Origin: Chrysomallon squamiferum
Taxonomy: Eukaryota > Animalia > Mollusca
Length of the DNA stretch: 64,000 bases
Reading direction: 5' to 3'
Assembly: GCA_012295275.1 (NCBI GenBank)
Contig: CM022670.1
Coordinates: 12,648,001 to 12,712,000, forward strand
The notes below the pieces were generated by a model, which worked only from the letters and a program-made list of their open reading frames with translations, had not been told where the DNA came from and did not search any database. The position numbers and the translations under genes were made by a program. Shown here in pieces: positions 44,225 through 58,691 of the stretch (its first letter is position 1; the number at the start of each line of letters is the position of its first letter).

Positions 44225-45949
44225 TAGTAACTGAGGGTGGGCGATAAACAAAATGAAAGCAGCACTGAAGTACGTTTTAAGTAAAAAATACGTATTTTAG
44301 TTTAGATACATTTACATATTTACGCAGTGATTAATCGACGTGACATTGTGTACTAAGCCGCCGACGTCGCGAACCTTGGCATTTGGTGTCGTGATTTATA
44401 ATATACTGCAGGAATAGTTGAAATAATCAAGACGAGAACATCTCAAGTGAACTTATTGATATTGCGTATTAGAAACTGATGATTAAATTAACTCATGATC
44501 GCTTAAATCGATATCGGTGGTCGAGAAATTCGAGATGATTACATTTGTCAGTTTGTTTTTCGGAGATTTAATCATTTTGACCTTTTCTAAGATGGACGCA
44601 CGCGTGTGTTGTACTTTCTTTAGTACTGGGGATATATATATATATATATATATATATGGACATGTAGAAAGAGATAGGCAGATATGTATACAGAAAGTCA
44701 GACAGACAGACGCACAGACAGAGTTGTATGTACTGATTTAACATTTACTTTGGACAAATATATAACCGAAGAAGTAAGCAGCTATGAAATTGACTCTCTT
44801 ATTTTTTTTTTTTTTTTTTTTTATTATTATTATTATTTTTTTTATCAACTTTATAAAAGAAGAAAAACGCCCTTAAAGAAATAACTCAAACCCAGTCTAA
44901 GCATCAGAATATTGAATATCCTGCAGATGTCAGTAAATTATGCAACCGTTTCAGCTCTTCCGTGTTGCGCCTTTTTGTTTTTTTTTTTTTTTTTTTTTAA
45001 TTCCTCCATGCTGATGAGCACTTCAGTGGTCAACTGGCTACACATGTACGCTTTTAGGCCCAGTGGGAATGGCTATTAAGGCCAGGAGATAATTGATGTT
45101 AGATGGGCCAATGTTTGTAATTACATGCAGCGCGCGCTTGCCTTTTCACACGTAGCAAATTGATTACCGTATAAACTCCAAAAACAATGACAGAACTTGC
45201 AATTTTAAATCATATGATGATGGTGGTTTTGTTAGTAATGATTAATATTGTAGAATTTTATATTTAATTTTACAACGGTTCAAAACATTATCAGAGATAG
45301 ATTATGCATATATATTTATCTGTATCTGTGTACTAAAATAGTTCCATACATATATTCATAAACATATATACATATTTTCATACATACATATATTCAAACA
45401 TACATATACATACATACATACATACATACATACATACGTTCATGCATACATACTTTCATACATATATACATATACATATATACGTACATTAGAAACGTAC
45501 ATACATTCATATGCATGCAAACACACATCACCAACAAATTTAATCGGATTATTTTACTATTATTAATTTACACACTAATCTTGAAGGTAAACAAGATAAA
45601 ATGGTATTTTTAATTAACAGCAGTCACTATTCGCTGGATTCATTAAAATAACAACAATGGCAGAAAAGAAAAGACTTAACTCACAGGAAAAGCTTCAGAT
45701 GTTTTGAATTTAAGATAGTGTCGGAAATACGGCACTGAGCTTTATCTTTCCCTTCCGAGTGAACCAAACTAATCTAGGATTTATCTGAGACTTTCTTAGA
45801 AAGTCTTAAGTTAATACGACTCGACGTTAATAATTCCTAATTCAGAAAATCTAAACCGATCTCATTGTTAGTCTTGTGCATTTATTTCCAGATACTGTTA
45901 ATCCCAACGGAAATGTTCGAGTCCAACAAGTAAAATCGGATTTGTGCGA

Positions 45950-45990
45950 GGCGTATGTGATAGCTGAGTGGTTAGAGTGCTAGCGTGGTG
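45950..45990 (+). mobile_element. Possible 5' remnant of a tRNA-derived SINE
   Basis: Pol III A-box-like TAGCTGAGTGG(TTAGAGTGCT) at 45961, with no matching B box downstream. Confidence 0.3.
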
Positions 45991-46842
45991 TCTGATCAGT
46001 GGCAAAATGAAGATATCCACGTCTCCACTGCCTGCTAGATCATTAACGTAACAAGATTTACTTTCTGCTGTCATGGTGAAGATAAATATAAAAAAAATCC
46101 CATTTTTTTTGGTTGCAAACTGATGAGAATACTACATAATATTTGGCGGCAGCATGATTCCTTTGTGTCATTATATTGCTACCAAAATAAAAGATAACAA
46201 AAGTTTTATTTCCGAGGGTTGATTCTACATATGATAATGTATTTTATCATTATGCAGCTTTAGTGTACCGTTTTCTGTGTGAAACCCTCTTTCCATATCT
46301 TCCTATCTTGCGCTGTACTCTGGTTGGTCTATCTCTAGATCGTTTTCTTCGTATGGTTTCGAAACATTTATAAGCGATGTTAGCGATCATCTTGCAGTCT
46401 ACTGAAATGTCCTGCTCTCGTCCACTTCTATCTTCTAACTACTTCAGTCACTTTGTTTTCTCTCTTACCTATATGTATATTTTCCTATACTTTTATATGA
46501 TGTTTAGCATACGTCTTTCCATCTTTGTTCTTTGCATGTTTATTTATGCCCTTGTTTCCGCGCAGTATATTACTGCTGGAAGTACACATAGATTGTAGAT
46601 TTGAATCACAAGCCTGGTTCAAAATTTTCCGTTAAAGATCTCTTGGTGCATAGTAAATGCGATATTAAATTAACTGCATTTAAGAAAACAATATTTAACA
46701 AATTTACCAATTTATATGTCGGTAAATAATATATGCCTGGCTTCAGATGTCTGCAACATAATCTTTCCTTTATTTGTATTCGGGTTCATAGATCAATAAA
46801 GTGGGTATTTTGTATTTACGTATAGCTATTAGTTGCTGTTGA

Positions 46843-46950
<108 letters not shown>

Positions 46951-47462
46951 TTTGTATGAGCGCTTATAGCTGGATAAAGTGGGTATTCTCTATTTTTCGT
47001 GTACGTGTAACTGCTGCTGTTGATTTTCGTGCGCTTGTAACTGAGTAAATTGGTTATTCCTTGTCGCTGTGTTTATGTTTGTAAGCTTGGAAGAGCTGCA
47101 GGATAATTTATTGGGCGAGAGACAAACCTGCATCTAAACAAACGTGTGTCTCATTAAAAGTCAGCACCGTGGGGAAAACGTCTACGGCATAGTACGTGTT
47201 TGCAATATCGCTGTAAATGACGCAGTGGGAAAACTTCAATTACATTAAACCTATCTTCGTTTAACAAGAACGTGTACCGCCTCTGATGGTCAGTTTATAC
47301 TGGTGCAAAACAAAAAGGTGAATTTGGTAGAAAAAAGTTATTTATTTATTACTATTATTTTTTGTTTTAATTATTTCAAGCCGTGGCGTATATAGTAGAA
47401 TACTTTAATAGCACTTTTAGTTTATGATATGCAACTTAGAAATACGAAATTGTGTATTCTAT

Positions 47463-47466
<4 letters not shown>

Positions 47467-47558
<92 letters not shown>

Positions 47559-47608
47559 ATCTCTCTCTCTCTGTCTGTCTGTCTGTCTGTGTCTCTCTCT
47601 CTCTCTCT
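47467..47608. repeat. (CT)n microsatellite
   Basis: Read directly from the sequence. Confidence 0.95.
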
Positions 47609-49691
47609 CCCTCTTTTTCTCTCTTCTTTTCTCTGCATATCTGTAAATGTTTCTTTCTCCATGTATACTCCCCTTTTTTTCTTCTTTTTTCTGCATATCT
47701 GTTAATGTCTACATGTATACTGCTATATGTTTCGTTCTCTGTACGTATTCATCACATGTTTCTTTCTGTCTACTTATAAAATTTATACCTTTTTTGAATT
47801 TCTTTGGAATGCCACAATAACCAGTTTGAACTTTTACAAATTAATAATCAAAGCTAAAAAGTGTACGTAGCGTGATGTAATTTCTTCTTGTGCTGTCGGC
47901 GAACAGCGTCGAAATTAATATTTTATCACGCATCTGATTTTTAGAGATAAAACAAAATTAAAATGATGACGTTTTCGGAAGAAAAAATAGTGAGAAAGAA
48001 GTAAAAAAATTACGCAGAAAAAAAAAACCAGACGTAAAGATTTTGCAAGAAATGAATTCTTTATGATGTCGACTCGTAGCATTTTGTGTTTGATAAAGAA
48101 ATTTATTTACTATTATTTTTATAACCTCTTTTTAAAAATATTTTGCTTTAAAGGATTTAAAGGATTTTATTTTATTGATTATCCGAAGCTGATTAAAACC
48201 GGCCTCTTTCGGAAAGACAACAGAGTCATAACAACCAAGGAACGAATTATTTCCCGTTGAAATAATGACTTTTAAATAGCGTGCGTGAAGCGTAGATTAG
48301 AACTGAACATTTTTCTTTTCTTTCTTAGTTTTTCGTCTGATCATTTTGATTACAAACCGAGAATAAATTTGTCAAATTGGTCTAAACACATATTAGCTCC
48401 ACGTATTTAAAAAAATAATAATAATAAAGTCCAATGAGTGATGATGTATAAAGAGAAAAAGCAATACTCCAGTGAATTATAATCAAAACAAGAAACTGTT
48501 GACCATGTCTTTAGCACGCAAACAATTAACCAACCTGTTATCCACCCAAGACACTGTTAGTGTTAGCATGTTAGACGATTAGTTACAAAGAAAAAAAGTA
48601 TTCAATGGTCTTTTACATTCTCATTTGATTATTGATAATTTCAGAAACCTACATTTAGTAAAACCAACAACAACAAAAAAGCTATCATAACCAGCATCCC
48701 CATTTATTTCCATATCTTTCAGTAACTGGAAGCGATCCCACTCCTTACACATTATTAAGTTTTTAGACTAGAACCATTTCGGTGTAAAAACTGGTGCTTT
48801 AGTTTTAAATATCATCAGACTCGAAATAACGGATCAGACCGAATCTCGGTGATTACACAAATGGACGAACACAGAGCTGTTCTGACAGAGATACAAATTG
48901 AATTAATTTAGCCAAGCATCGTAATGGCTATGCTTATGTTTCTCGACGAGGAATACAGTTTGCTGCGGCTAATCGCGTAATGCAAGCAGAATTTACTTTT
49001 GAAAAACGTTTAATTTATTGCAGAGTCAGGACGTTTTATGCTAGGCACCTTAATTATTGTTTTCTTTGGAGATTTGTTTTTACGTCAGTATCGAATAGCG
49101 GTATAAAAAGCCTGAAGCTTAACGGTTGTTTTGATTTCATTTTGTTTTTCTGATACGACAGGGTTTTTATGACTTATTCTAACCATGATGCTTTCAACAT
49201 GGGGATTATTTTTGAAGTTATTTAATGGTTTTTTGTTATTATAATACATTATCGTTATTAATGTGTATTTGTTGGGGTTTTTTTTGTGTTTTTTTTTTTT
49301 TTTGTTATTGTTATTGGTGTTGATTTGGGGGTTGTTATTGTCATCATCAGTATCATCATTATTTTTGTTGTTGTTGTTGTTATATTCTTCTTGTTATTCT
49401 TGCTGCTGTTTTTGTTGTTTTCATCGTCATCATTATCATTGTCCCTGTCGATAATGTTGTATTTTTCTTCTTCTTTTTATTATTATTAATATTATTATTA
49501 TTAGTAGTAGAAGTAGTAGTAATAGTAGTAGTATTTCTCTTTCGCAAAACTGCAATTATTCTATAAAGACATTATACAATGGCAGACACATAGAAATACT
49601 AACGAATCAACAAATAAACTTTTATTTGCTATCTCCAGTAATATTATATACTATGAATAAACAATACACCGAAAACCACCCATCTTACGCT

Positions 49692-49927
49692 AAAACCGCA
49701 ACAGGTCAGCCAGAAGTATTAGTACACAACTTTAATAAAAATAAAATATGACATTTCGTCTCGGGTCTACAAAATTTCCTATCAAATGTAGACATTTATT
49801 CTCTGTGAAAACAGTCTTACTGATTGGATGTGACACTTAAATGAAGAGATGTCCAGTTCGTTATTCTACTTTGTCTACAGCGGAGGTGTCAGTTTCTGAA
49901 ATAGAAAACACCATCAATAAATCGAAA
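49692..49927 (-). repeat. Inverted duplicate, copy 2 (partner at 40136-40370)
   Basis: Reverse complement aligns with 40136-40370 with scattered substitutions. Confidence 0.95.
49861..49895 (-). CDS. Putative short terminal coding exon, (x)TDTSAVDKVE*, followed by 3'UTR; copy 2 of an inverted duplication
   Basis: Minus-strand acceptor gtgttttctatttcAG (49896-49897), with the same frame, stop and polyadenylation signals as the copy at 40168. Confidence 0.4.
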
Positions 49928-49981
49928 GGGATTTCCAGTACAGGTCAATGAGTTCAGTATTTTTACATCTTCTTCTTCTTT

Positions 49982-50013
<32 letters not shown>

Positions 50014-50494
50014 TTTCTTCTTCTTCTTCCTCTTCTTCTTCTTTTTCTTCTTCTTCTTCTTATTATTATAATAAATACTATGCTTTTTATCCTAGTACTA
50101 CTACATCTGATATTAATTACTACTGCAACTTCTGTTACTGCTGCTGTCACTTCTATATTTATTATTTTTACTATATTACTACAAGTTCTTTTTTTTTACT
50201 ACTATACTTTTACCACCATAGCTACTACGGTAGCTATTCCTCATGTTTATGTTAATACCAATACTAACATTATTTATACATGGTCTTAATATGTAATGTT
50301 TTTATTTTTGTTGTTGCTGTTTTTCTTTAGTCATTTTCAGGATTCTTTAATATAGAAGCTATTGAAAAATATATATCTTATAGTGAAAAACAAAATGCAG
50401 AGGGAGAGGGAAAAGGTAGACAAAATCAAATAAACTGCTCTGAAATGTGAACTCTGAAGATCAGTGGCAGTTAATTTTATAAATGTAAGTAATG

Positions 50495-50630
<136 letters not shown>

Positions 50631-50908
50631 TTGCCAGTAATTCGGAATCTCTTTCTGTGTATTGATTAAAGCGTTATATCTGATATTCTAATACCTGTAT
50701 CTTGAACTATCTGTAACTGATCAAGCATAGGAAACCTTATTGTCGGTTTCTAATAAACCAAAAAGTATAATGTAAAAAAAAAAAGTAATAATAATAATAA
50801 TAAAATAAAATTATAAGTTACTGGCTTTTCTTATTTCTTTGTCTTTTTTTAAATTTGGTTCATATATTTTAATCAGTTTCATGAAAAATGATAATACTAA
50901 AAAATAAA

Positions 50909-50954
<46 letters not shown>

Positions 50955-51049
50955 TAATAATAATCTCCATATCTAACGCTAAATCATATAACGGTTTTCT
51001 GCTCTCCGATGTCAAACGGGCCACCGCTAACGAAGAACGTGCCGCATCA

Positions 51050-51064
51050 TGGCGCCCTCTGGTG
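51050..51064. promoter_or_regulatory. CTCF-like binding motif TGGCGCCCTCTGGTG
   Basis: Close match to the CTCF core consensus (GCGCCCYCTRGTGG) inside a short GC-rich island in AT-rich DNA. Confidence 0.55.
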
Positions 51065-53770
51065 TTTGATTTATAGAGCAGAAGGGAAGTAAAATCGAGA
51101 TTAAGAAAGACGTGATAGATTGGGTGTGAGGTTTAATTACTCCCTCGGACGGCAATCAGCGAAGAATTGTTAGAACGGGACACGAATGATACATGAAAAA
51201 ATATATCTTCCTAACCTCGAGTCGCTTTATTATTCGTTTTTTTTTTTTTTTTTTTTCTTCTTGTTTTTTTTATGTCACTCGTTACGACCTAGGAATAAGT
51301 TAGAATACCGCATTGATTCAGAGAAATGTTCCGTGAAAAGAAGCAATAAAAAAAAAAGCAGCAAATCCAGTAGCTAGCACAATAATTCAGTGACCAGTTT
51401 CCAAGGCTCGAACATAAAAGCGATTCCCGCTGCAGAATTTTGAATCATTTTGCGGCTGTTTGTTGCAAATTTGAATCGATCTAATTATTGCAAGCTTCAA
51501 TGAGCATTATTTTACTAGCTGCCAGCTTACTGAGATCAAGTGAATATTTAAATTTTGTAAATACGTTATTTAACGAAGTGGTAAATAAATGAAAAAAAGA
51601 AAAAACGTTTCTAACTTATATACAGCATATCAAAAACAGCATCTTAAACTGAGAAAAGAAATCTTAATATACATGTAATGTATATATTTGTGTACGTATG
51701 TGTATGTATGTATGTGTGTATGTATGTATGTATGTATGTATGTATGTATGTATGTATGTATGTATGTATGTATGTATGTAGGTATGTATGCATGTATGCC
51801 TGTATATATGTATGTGTGTGTGTGTGTATGCATGAATGTATATTGTCCGCCCCATTCTTGAAATAACATTAACAACACCTTAAGCAGACATAGTTTCGCG
51901 ACAGTCTTCTTTTGATATAAGACATTTTACTAAAAGGGAATGTTATATGTATATTTACTTCCTGTCTATTGAAAGGTTTGTCTATTACTGCTGCTAATCG
52001 ATAAAAACAGGCAAAGATCTTGTAACAGCATATTTCCACTCTCACATCGTTGCATCAGTAACATGAAGGTAATTAAAGGAATGTTAATACAACAATACTC
52101 ACACAAATCACATACGTATACATACACATACATATATATACACACGCATGCACACATACACACATATACACAGACAAATAAATATATTCAGACACCGTAA
52201 TACAAGAACACATTCACTGGAATCAGTTTAAGATTACATATTTTTCGATAGCGTGTAGCTGTTGAGTGAAAAACACTTCAACTCAAACTGAGCATTAATA
52301 CTTTAACAGCAATATTATCAGAGGACGCTAACATGCGATAATCACATAAATTATGTATCTACTCTCCTTTACTTTAATTAGAATGCTAATTGTACGAGTG
52401 ACCCATTTTATTATGTGGAAGTTGACCTTACGTTTTCCTTTATTCACATTCACTGATCCCCATGTATAATCTTTATTAGATCACACGCTTGTGGAGCAAC
52501 AGTTTGCAAGCTCAGTTCTCCTTTGTGCTAAGTTGGTCTGTTTTCTGTTCCAGTGTTTAATGTTTGGTACATAATGATCTATTTTCCCGGTCTTTACTTG
52601 TTAGCTGAATCAATAGTAATAAATAATCTACAACAGTCTCTCTTCTAATTATTTAATTATCTAACATACTACATCGAATAGGACAGATAACCCGGGCTCA
52701 TAGAAAACATGATCAGGACAGATGTGTCTGAACTTCTGGCGAATTTAAACATTTTAAATGATTGATGAAATCGTGAATCGACGACAGTTCACTAGAATTC
52801 ATTCATTTATTTATTCGTTCATTTGTTCTTTCTTTAATTAGAATTAGAATTTATATTCAGAATTTAAAAAAAAGGAATAACAATTTGATAGTTTATAAAC
52901 AAACACACATTCACACAGACTCATACGTAAATGTATTTTTATGATGTATATTAGATATAGTTTTAATTTATGTTTTATTTATAAATTAATTTTTATATAT
53001 ATATTTTTTAGTTTCTTTATTCATTTAAAAAAAAAAAAAAAATTCTATATTCTAATAGGTGAAGTTATTGCAGTTATTGATGTTAATTTTATCGATGTTT
53101 CTGATATTGGTGATCCTTCCGTCGTTGCAGCAGTAATTGAATCAAGTGCCTGCACTGCTGAAATGCCGTTTTAAAATTATAGAATATTTTGATGAATCTG
53201 CTTTTTCAGAATCCATACACTGCGAAGATTATTGAATATTTCTATATAAAGTGTAGGCAAATCTGTGTTCACACTAAACAACTTGTTGAATACAAAATGG
53301 AGCATATGTACATATATATATATATATACAGATATATTATTCTTTTCTTTTTTCTTTTTTTTTATGTTACAACCGTCCTCCAAGCCAGTCAGATAAAATT
53401 ATATGATTTTGCAAATAGAAGGAAATACATTCGACGGTGTCATAAGGCACACATACTAATTTCAGCATATTACAGCAAATTGCTTCTTTGTTCCAATTTA
53501 TAAAAAGAAGATCAGTGTAAAATTGTTTTGTATTAATGAATATCATACGATTTGTTCTCGCACTGATAATCTTTTTAAACAATGTTTTCGGTCTGAAGCA
53601 CTTAGAGGACTTAACAGTAACAGAAAATATACTTTAGTGAACCACTCACTGAATACCAGCAAGGGATACAGTAAGATTAGATCGTAGGCTAAACACGTAA
53701 GCTGAGAACGTCGGTTTACAAGTGTGACGTGATTCGTAACACGTGATTAATGACGTTAAAGTTTACGTAC

Positions 53771-53945
53771 TCCCACTGCATGACGTGTCCGTGTGAAGAC
53801 AAGAATGAGCGTCAGTGAAGGACTTTGTCTTGTGATACGCAACTAAAATCGTGATGATTTTGCAGCCTTCGCAGCACGATTTAACCCTGCGCCTCAAATC
53901 GTCACAGCAGGACGCATAGTGTGAAAGATGCTTAAGGGAATGAAG
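53771..53945 (-). CDS. Candidate Cys-rich internal exon (LHSLKHLSHYASCCDDLRRRVKSCCEGCKIITILVAYHKTKSFTDAHSCLHTDTSCSG)
   Basis: Acceptor catattccAG, a single open frame (phase 0 to phase 1), donor A|GTACGT, elevated GC and 7 Cys. The phase is compatible with the terminal exon at 49895. No recognised domain. Confidence 0.25.
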
Positions 53946-54959
53946 CTGGAATATGTTCAATAAATCATCGTTTATTACCTATGTCATTTCGCAGACGTTA
54001 AATCAATACACTGCACCAACACGTCCAGAGTCTCTTCATTAAAATGGGAAGTTTTCAAAGTATCTGGTTTAATCAGGTTAACTTCGGGTTAATTTACAAT
54101 TCTCTTAGCAACCATGTCCGAAATTTGATATTCTCTTTAACTAAAATTAGTCCGAAATAAGAAATCTTGTTTGATGATTGGTAGAAATGCCTTGCTATGT
54201 TTAATTTAAAATATAACCGAATTTACTGCTGAGTTAATTCAGTTATATCAATTCAACTATTATTTACACATCAGTCAATCTCAGATTTTTTTTTTTTACA
54301 TACGCATATATCGGTATATGAATTAACTACTGAAACATAATATCAATACAGATCACGTGTACATCCAAAGAGAGAAAAAGGCAAAGTTGACGAGAATTCG
54401 TTGATCAAATTGTCATCGAGCAAACCATCGTAATTCACAAAAGATGACATGGATAAAATACTTTTTTTGTCTTCAAAACAAAGAAAAAATAATTTTAAAA
54501 ATGTAAAACAGTTTTAAATCCAGTAAACATTTGACTCAAACCGCATTTACTGTCTGCACATGCCACTCAAAAAGAATTTGAAAGCAATATATACATACAT
54601 ATACATATACATACATGCATCTATACATACATAATACACGCACAGATGTACACTCACAAATTCATACATATAGACACACATATACATACGTACGTGCATG
54701 CATACAAATATTATTCGTATCCATATTAATGTATTAAATTATGGGATAAGCCAACGATAATCTAAAGTGCTAACCAAAAACAAGCTAAGTTTAATCTAGT
54801 ACCAGTTGGCTATTGGCTGAACTTTCGCTTTCGATATTGGCGAGTTTCCAGAAAGACAAAAGAAAAGAAAAGAAAAGAAAAATAGAAAACCAAAAAGAAA
54901 AAGAAAAAAAAAACATCCTGTTTGAGAACTCCTCTAAATTATGTCTTAATAATTGATGA

Positions 54960-55330
54960 GCGTTTGATTTGAAATCAGCCGGTCAGATAATCAAGCCAAG
55001 AAAGCCTGCAGATATTGCACATTGTCCATGACGTCTCTGACGTCATTGGGACTCGGAGTTGTAGCTGTTACCGCGGTGTCTTGATTAGCAGAACGACCTT
55101 GGTGGAAGATCATTAGATTCATGACAGATGCGAATGTCATTTCCACACACACCAGAAGCGCCAGGCGCGAACTGGCTGACGGGAAGAGTTACGAAATCAG
55201 CTGTCGCCCAGCAGCCGATTTCACTTTTATTGGCTTCTGACATTTTGTTGAGCACGTAATGCGAGAAATCTTAAATCAGAATAAAAATTGGTTGCGTTAA
55301 TAACTCGACACCGTCTGCGGCACTGTCAAA
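54960..55330. promoter_or_regulatory. GC-rich non-coding island with a double CRE palindrome
   Basis: ATGACGTC-TCT-GACGTCAT at 55028-55046 includes a perfect TGACGTCA; raised GC; no ORF in the supplied track. Confidence 0.4.
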
Positions 55331-55824
55331 CCATCTGAATTTGTAAAATGAGAATTGTATTAAATTAACACGTAAAATAATAATAATAATAATAACGACA
55401 AAACAAAACAAAACAAAAAAAAAAAAAAAACAAAGAAAGAAAAGAAAAATTCAATTATAATAAACTAAATTTAAAAAAATGTAATGGTTGAGGATCAGTT
55501 AAAGAAGAGAACCAAGATAACAAAAACCATGAAACAACAATACATACATAATGTGATATGTATGAAAAACACAAAAAAAGTCATAACTAATATTTTAAAT
55601 GCAATCATCGACACAAACTGTAATTATATGACTATCAACAGTGTTAAATATATTCACTAGTATCGGATTATTTTGAATTAAAGACAAAAAACTAAATAAA
55701 ATTTACCAAATAATTGAACATTTTATAACTAGTTAAATATAATTATAATTACTGCAATTCTGATTCCTGCATGCTTAGAATCAATCAAACCTTTACTTTA
55801 ACAACAGTATATAACTGAAGTGAG

Positions 55825-55918
55825 ACAGGGAAATAAAAATCACTATACCAACTTTTATAAATGACTAACACAGGGAAATAAAAATCACTATACCAACTTT
55901 TATAAATGACTAACACAG
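55825..55918. repeat. Perfect 45-bp tandem duplication
   Basis: ACAGGGAAATAAAAATCACTATACCAACTTTTATAAATGACTAAC at 55825 and 55870. Confidence 0.9.
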
Positions 55919-56724
55919 AAACCTGTTGACACTGTCTGGGACATTAAACCTCGGTGTAAAGTTGTTTCATTGTTGGCTGAAGCGATAAATTGAAATATGA
56001 TGGGTTATTTCCAACATATTTTCTACAGATTAATCTAGAATGAAGTGTTTGCACGAATTCATGAACAACGGACATGACTCACATTTTTACCCATTTTGGG
56101 TTGATTGTGAATTTAGGTACACAACTAATGCATTACTTCACTAAAGTTTTTAAAATTTTGATTTCTTAAATTCTCGAACGTCCATGATTTGCGTGGACGT
56201 ACTAATCTTTTAGATTTATAAATAATAGAATACAACTTTGTAGTTTAGAGTTCAGAGGTTTTCATTTCCAATTTTTCTATTGTTATTGGCTTGGTTTATA
56301 CTGTTGACAAAAAAAACAACAAAAAACTTGAGTTCAAATACACAAGAGACATGACCTGTAGAAAAATATTTACGAATAATGATCGATTCCAAGTTTGTTC
56401 ATTCCCTTCAGAGTACACTTAAATTGAATCATTTGTTTTCAATAATACTTTAGCCTAAAAATCATGGCTTTCCAAGGAGCAGTAATTGTTTACAACTACC
56501 TAAAAACATTTGAGAATGTTAGAAAGAATTAAATCCTGCTCGATTTTGAACTGCTGTTAGGAAAATAGAGTTCAGTTTTGATTGAGATTTTCAGTGATAC
56601 TAAGTGCCTGCAGAACCTACAGAAAGATGAATGAATGTTCTTATGAATAGTTGCATAACATTTCCAGATACATTTTAATATCAACGGTTTGGTCCGTTTT
56701 ATTTTAAATATTTGGGATTATTTT

Positions 56725-56756
<32 letters not shown>

Positions 56757-58577
56757 ATTTTATTTTTGGTTTTTTGTTTTTGTTGATTGTTTTTTCAAAT
56801 ATTTTTTATTTTTGTTGTTGTTGTTGTTGTTGTGTCTTATTCTTCATCTTGCTATCGTTATCATACAGACAAATATAGGTACTTTCACACAACCCTACTA
56901 CTAACAGTGTTAAACTGCATCCTAATTTCTTGTGGAAAAAGTAGTTAAGCTGTAACTGAACTGGCCACGCAAATGAGACATCCTCATCTCTATGCCGTCG
57001 GCATAGTAGTTATCGTCATTGTCATTAAAGTCTTCGTCATTGTCATTGACGTCATCATCATTGCTGACATTAACATTATCTTCAACAACACCTTCATAGT
57101 ATGAGTGAAATTTTCCTTTTATCTTTTTTTAATAGAAGAAAACTTAACGAAGTAAATACAGTCAAATTGCAACTTTCTGCACTGTATACTAACTTCGTTT
57201 GTTTGCCTATTAGCCTTAATGGTAAACACTTTTAAACGACTTCGGCTCCGAAATTATCCAATTGTTCGTAACGTCGATAGTCAAGTTATTTGTTTTACTG
57301 TTCGACGCGGTTTTTAAATTGGTTGAAATCACCGAATGTTCTAGATTACCGTATCCATTGCTTGTTAGGAACTCGACAGACAATTTCAGAAAAGCTTTAG
57401 ATCCGGAAAATTTCAGTGTTATCGCCGGTGTGCTATTTGTTTTCAGACTGTTAAATAATTAGTGAGGACATTTAAGTTTTATATGGTGTATAATTATGTT
57501 TCAGGGATTACAAAACGATCTATTTTTAATATTATAATATTTATCTATTACTTAGTTGCAGATTACGAAAATGCATCTTTTTTTTTTGACTGCTTACTGA
57601 GTAGGCTTAAGTTGACTAACTAGAAATGAATTTTTGTATTTATTATCTTTTTTTCAGTAGTATTACTGAGGTAACATGCTGTTATATAATACAGAGAAAG
57701 TTTATGACCTTGACGCAGTGATAGTAACAGAAAGATTATTGCAACATATGGATTTTCCAACAGTACGGCCAGTATTATAAGGAGTTTGGTACGGAAAACA
57801 GTCCCGTAGACGCGTTGAAGAATGTTATTGGAGTCTTCCGTGATTTTTATGCCGAATCTGCAGTGATGTTCATTTATTATTTATTTATTTAAGATTAAAT
57901 ATAAACAAACAAATAAACAAACAAACAAACAAATATATATATATATCTATATATATATATACGTAATGAATGATTGCTGATCCTGTTCATTATGTCATCG
58001 TTTGTTGTTTTTGTTTTATGCTTTATCTCATTTTCGTTTTTTCTTATTTTCTTCTTGCTGTCTGGGTTATTGAAATGAATAATAAATAACAAAAAGAAAT
58101 AGAAGAAACACCTCGATAAAGATCGCACAGAACATATCTAACTCTAAAATGTCAAAGTCATGAGAGGATAACTCGTCATTATATTAGTTTCATATGCTTC
58201 ATTAACTCTAACTTTTTTTTTCGCCAGCTATAACAAAAATAAACGTTATTGAAAGGGAAATAATTACGTAAAAGTCTAGAGTAATTACGTAAAGAGATTC
58301 GACATTTATTTCATCTGTTTATGGCGGTTTTATAGACTGTTAGATTCCATGTAAAATAGCATAAAATAATAAAGATTTCGAAATTCATTTGTGTATTAAC
58401 CGTTACAGAAGAACAGGCGAAGCGAAGCCGAGAAGTAAAGCTTTGTATTCATTGTCTTTGAACCAGTCAGCTATTACTAGTGGTTTGTCTACTAAATTGG
58501 ATCTGATCTTCTGTTTCTGAAAAAAAAAAAATCGTTTAAAATGTATGCACAAAAGAGTAGAATATTTTATTTTTTTT

Positions 58578-58610
<33 letters not shown>

Positions 58611-58611
58611 C

Positions 58612-58691
<80 letters not shown>

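Noticed and set aside
45013-45040. CTGATGAG motifs (also 2154, 32464, 46120) as hammerhead ribozyme cores
   Set aside because: No stem II followed by a correctly placed GAAA, and no closing stems.
53061-53174. Open frames on both strands (GEVIAVIDVNFIDVSDIGDPSVVAAVIESSACTAEMPF*)
   Set aside because: The low-complexity GTT/GAT/ATT periodicity is typical of decayed trinucleotide repeats. There is no donor on the minus strand and no linked upstream exon.
55012-55035. TATTGCACATTGTCC resembling miR-92
   Set aside because: The 3' half is mismatched and there is no complementary arm to form a precursor.
56930-57120. Minus-strand Asp/Asn-rich frame (EDNVNVSNDDDVNDNDEDFNDNDDNYYADG), resembling an acidic biomineral protein
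   Set aside because: There is an in-frame stop just upstream, no start codon before the acidic tract and no good acceptor. It is best explained as a decayed (GAT/GAC/AAT)n repeat.
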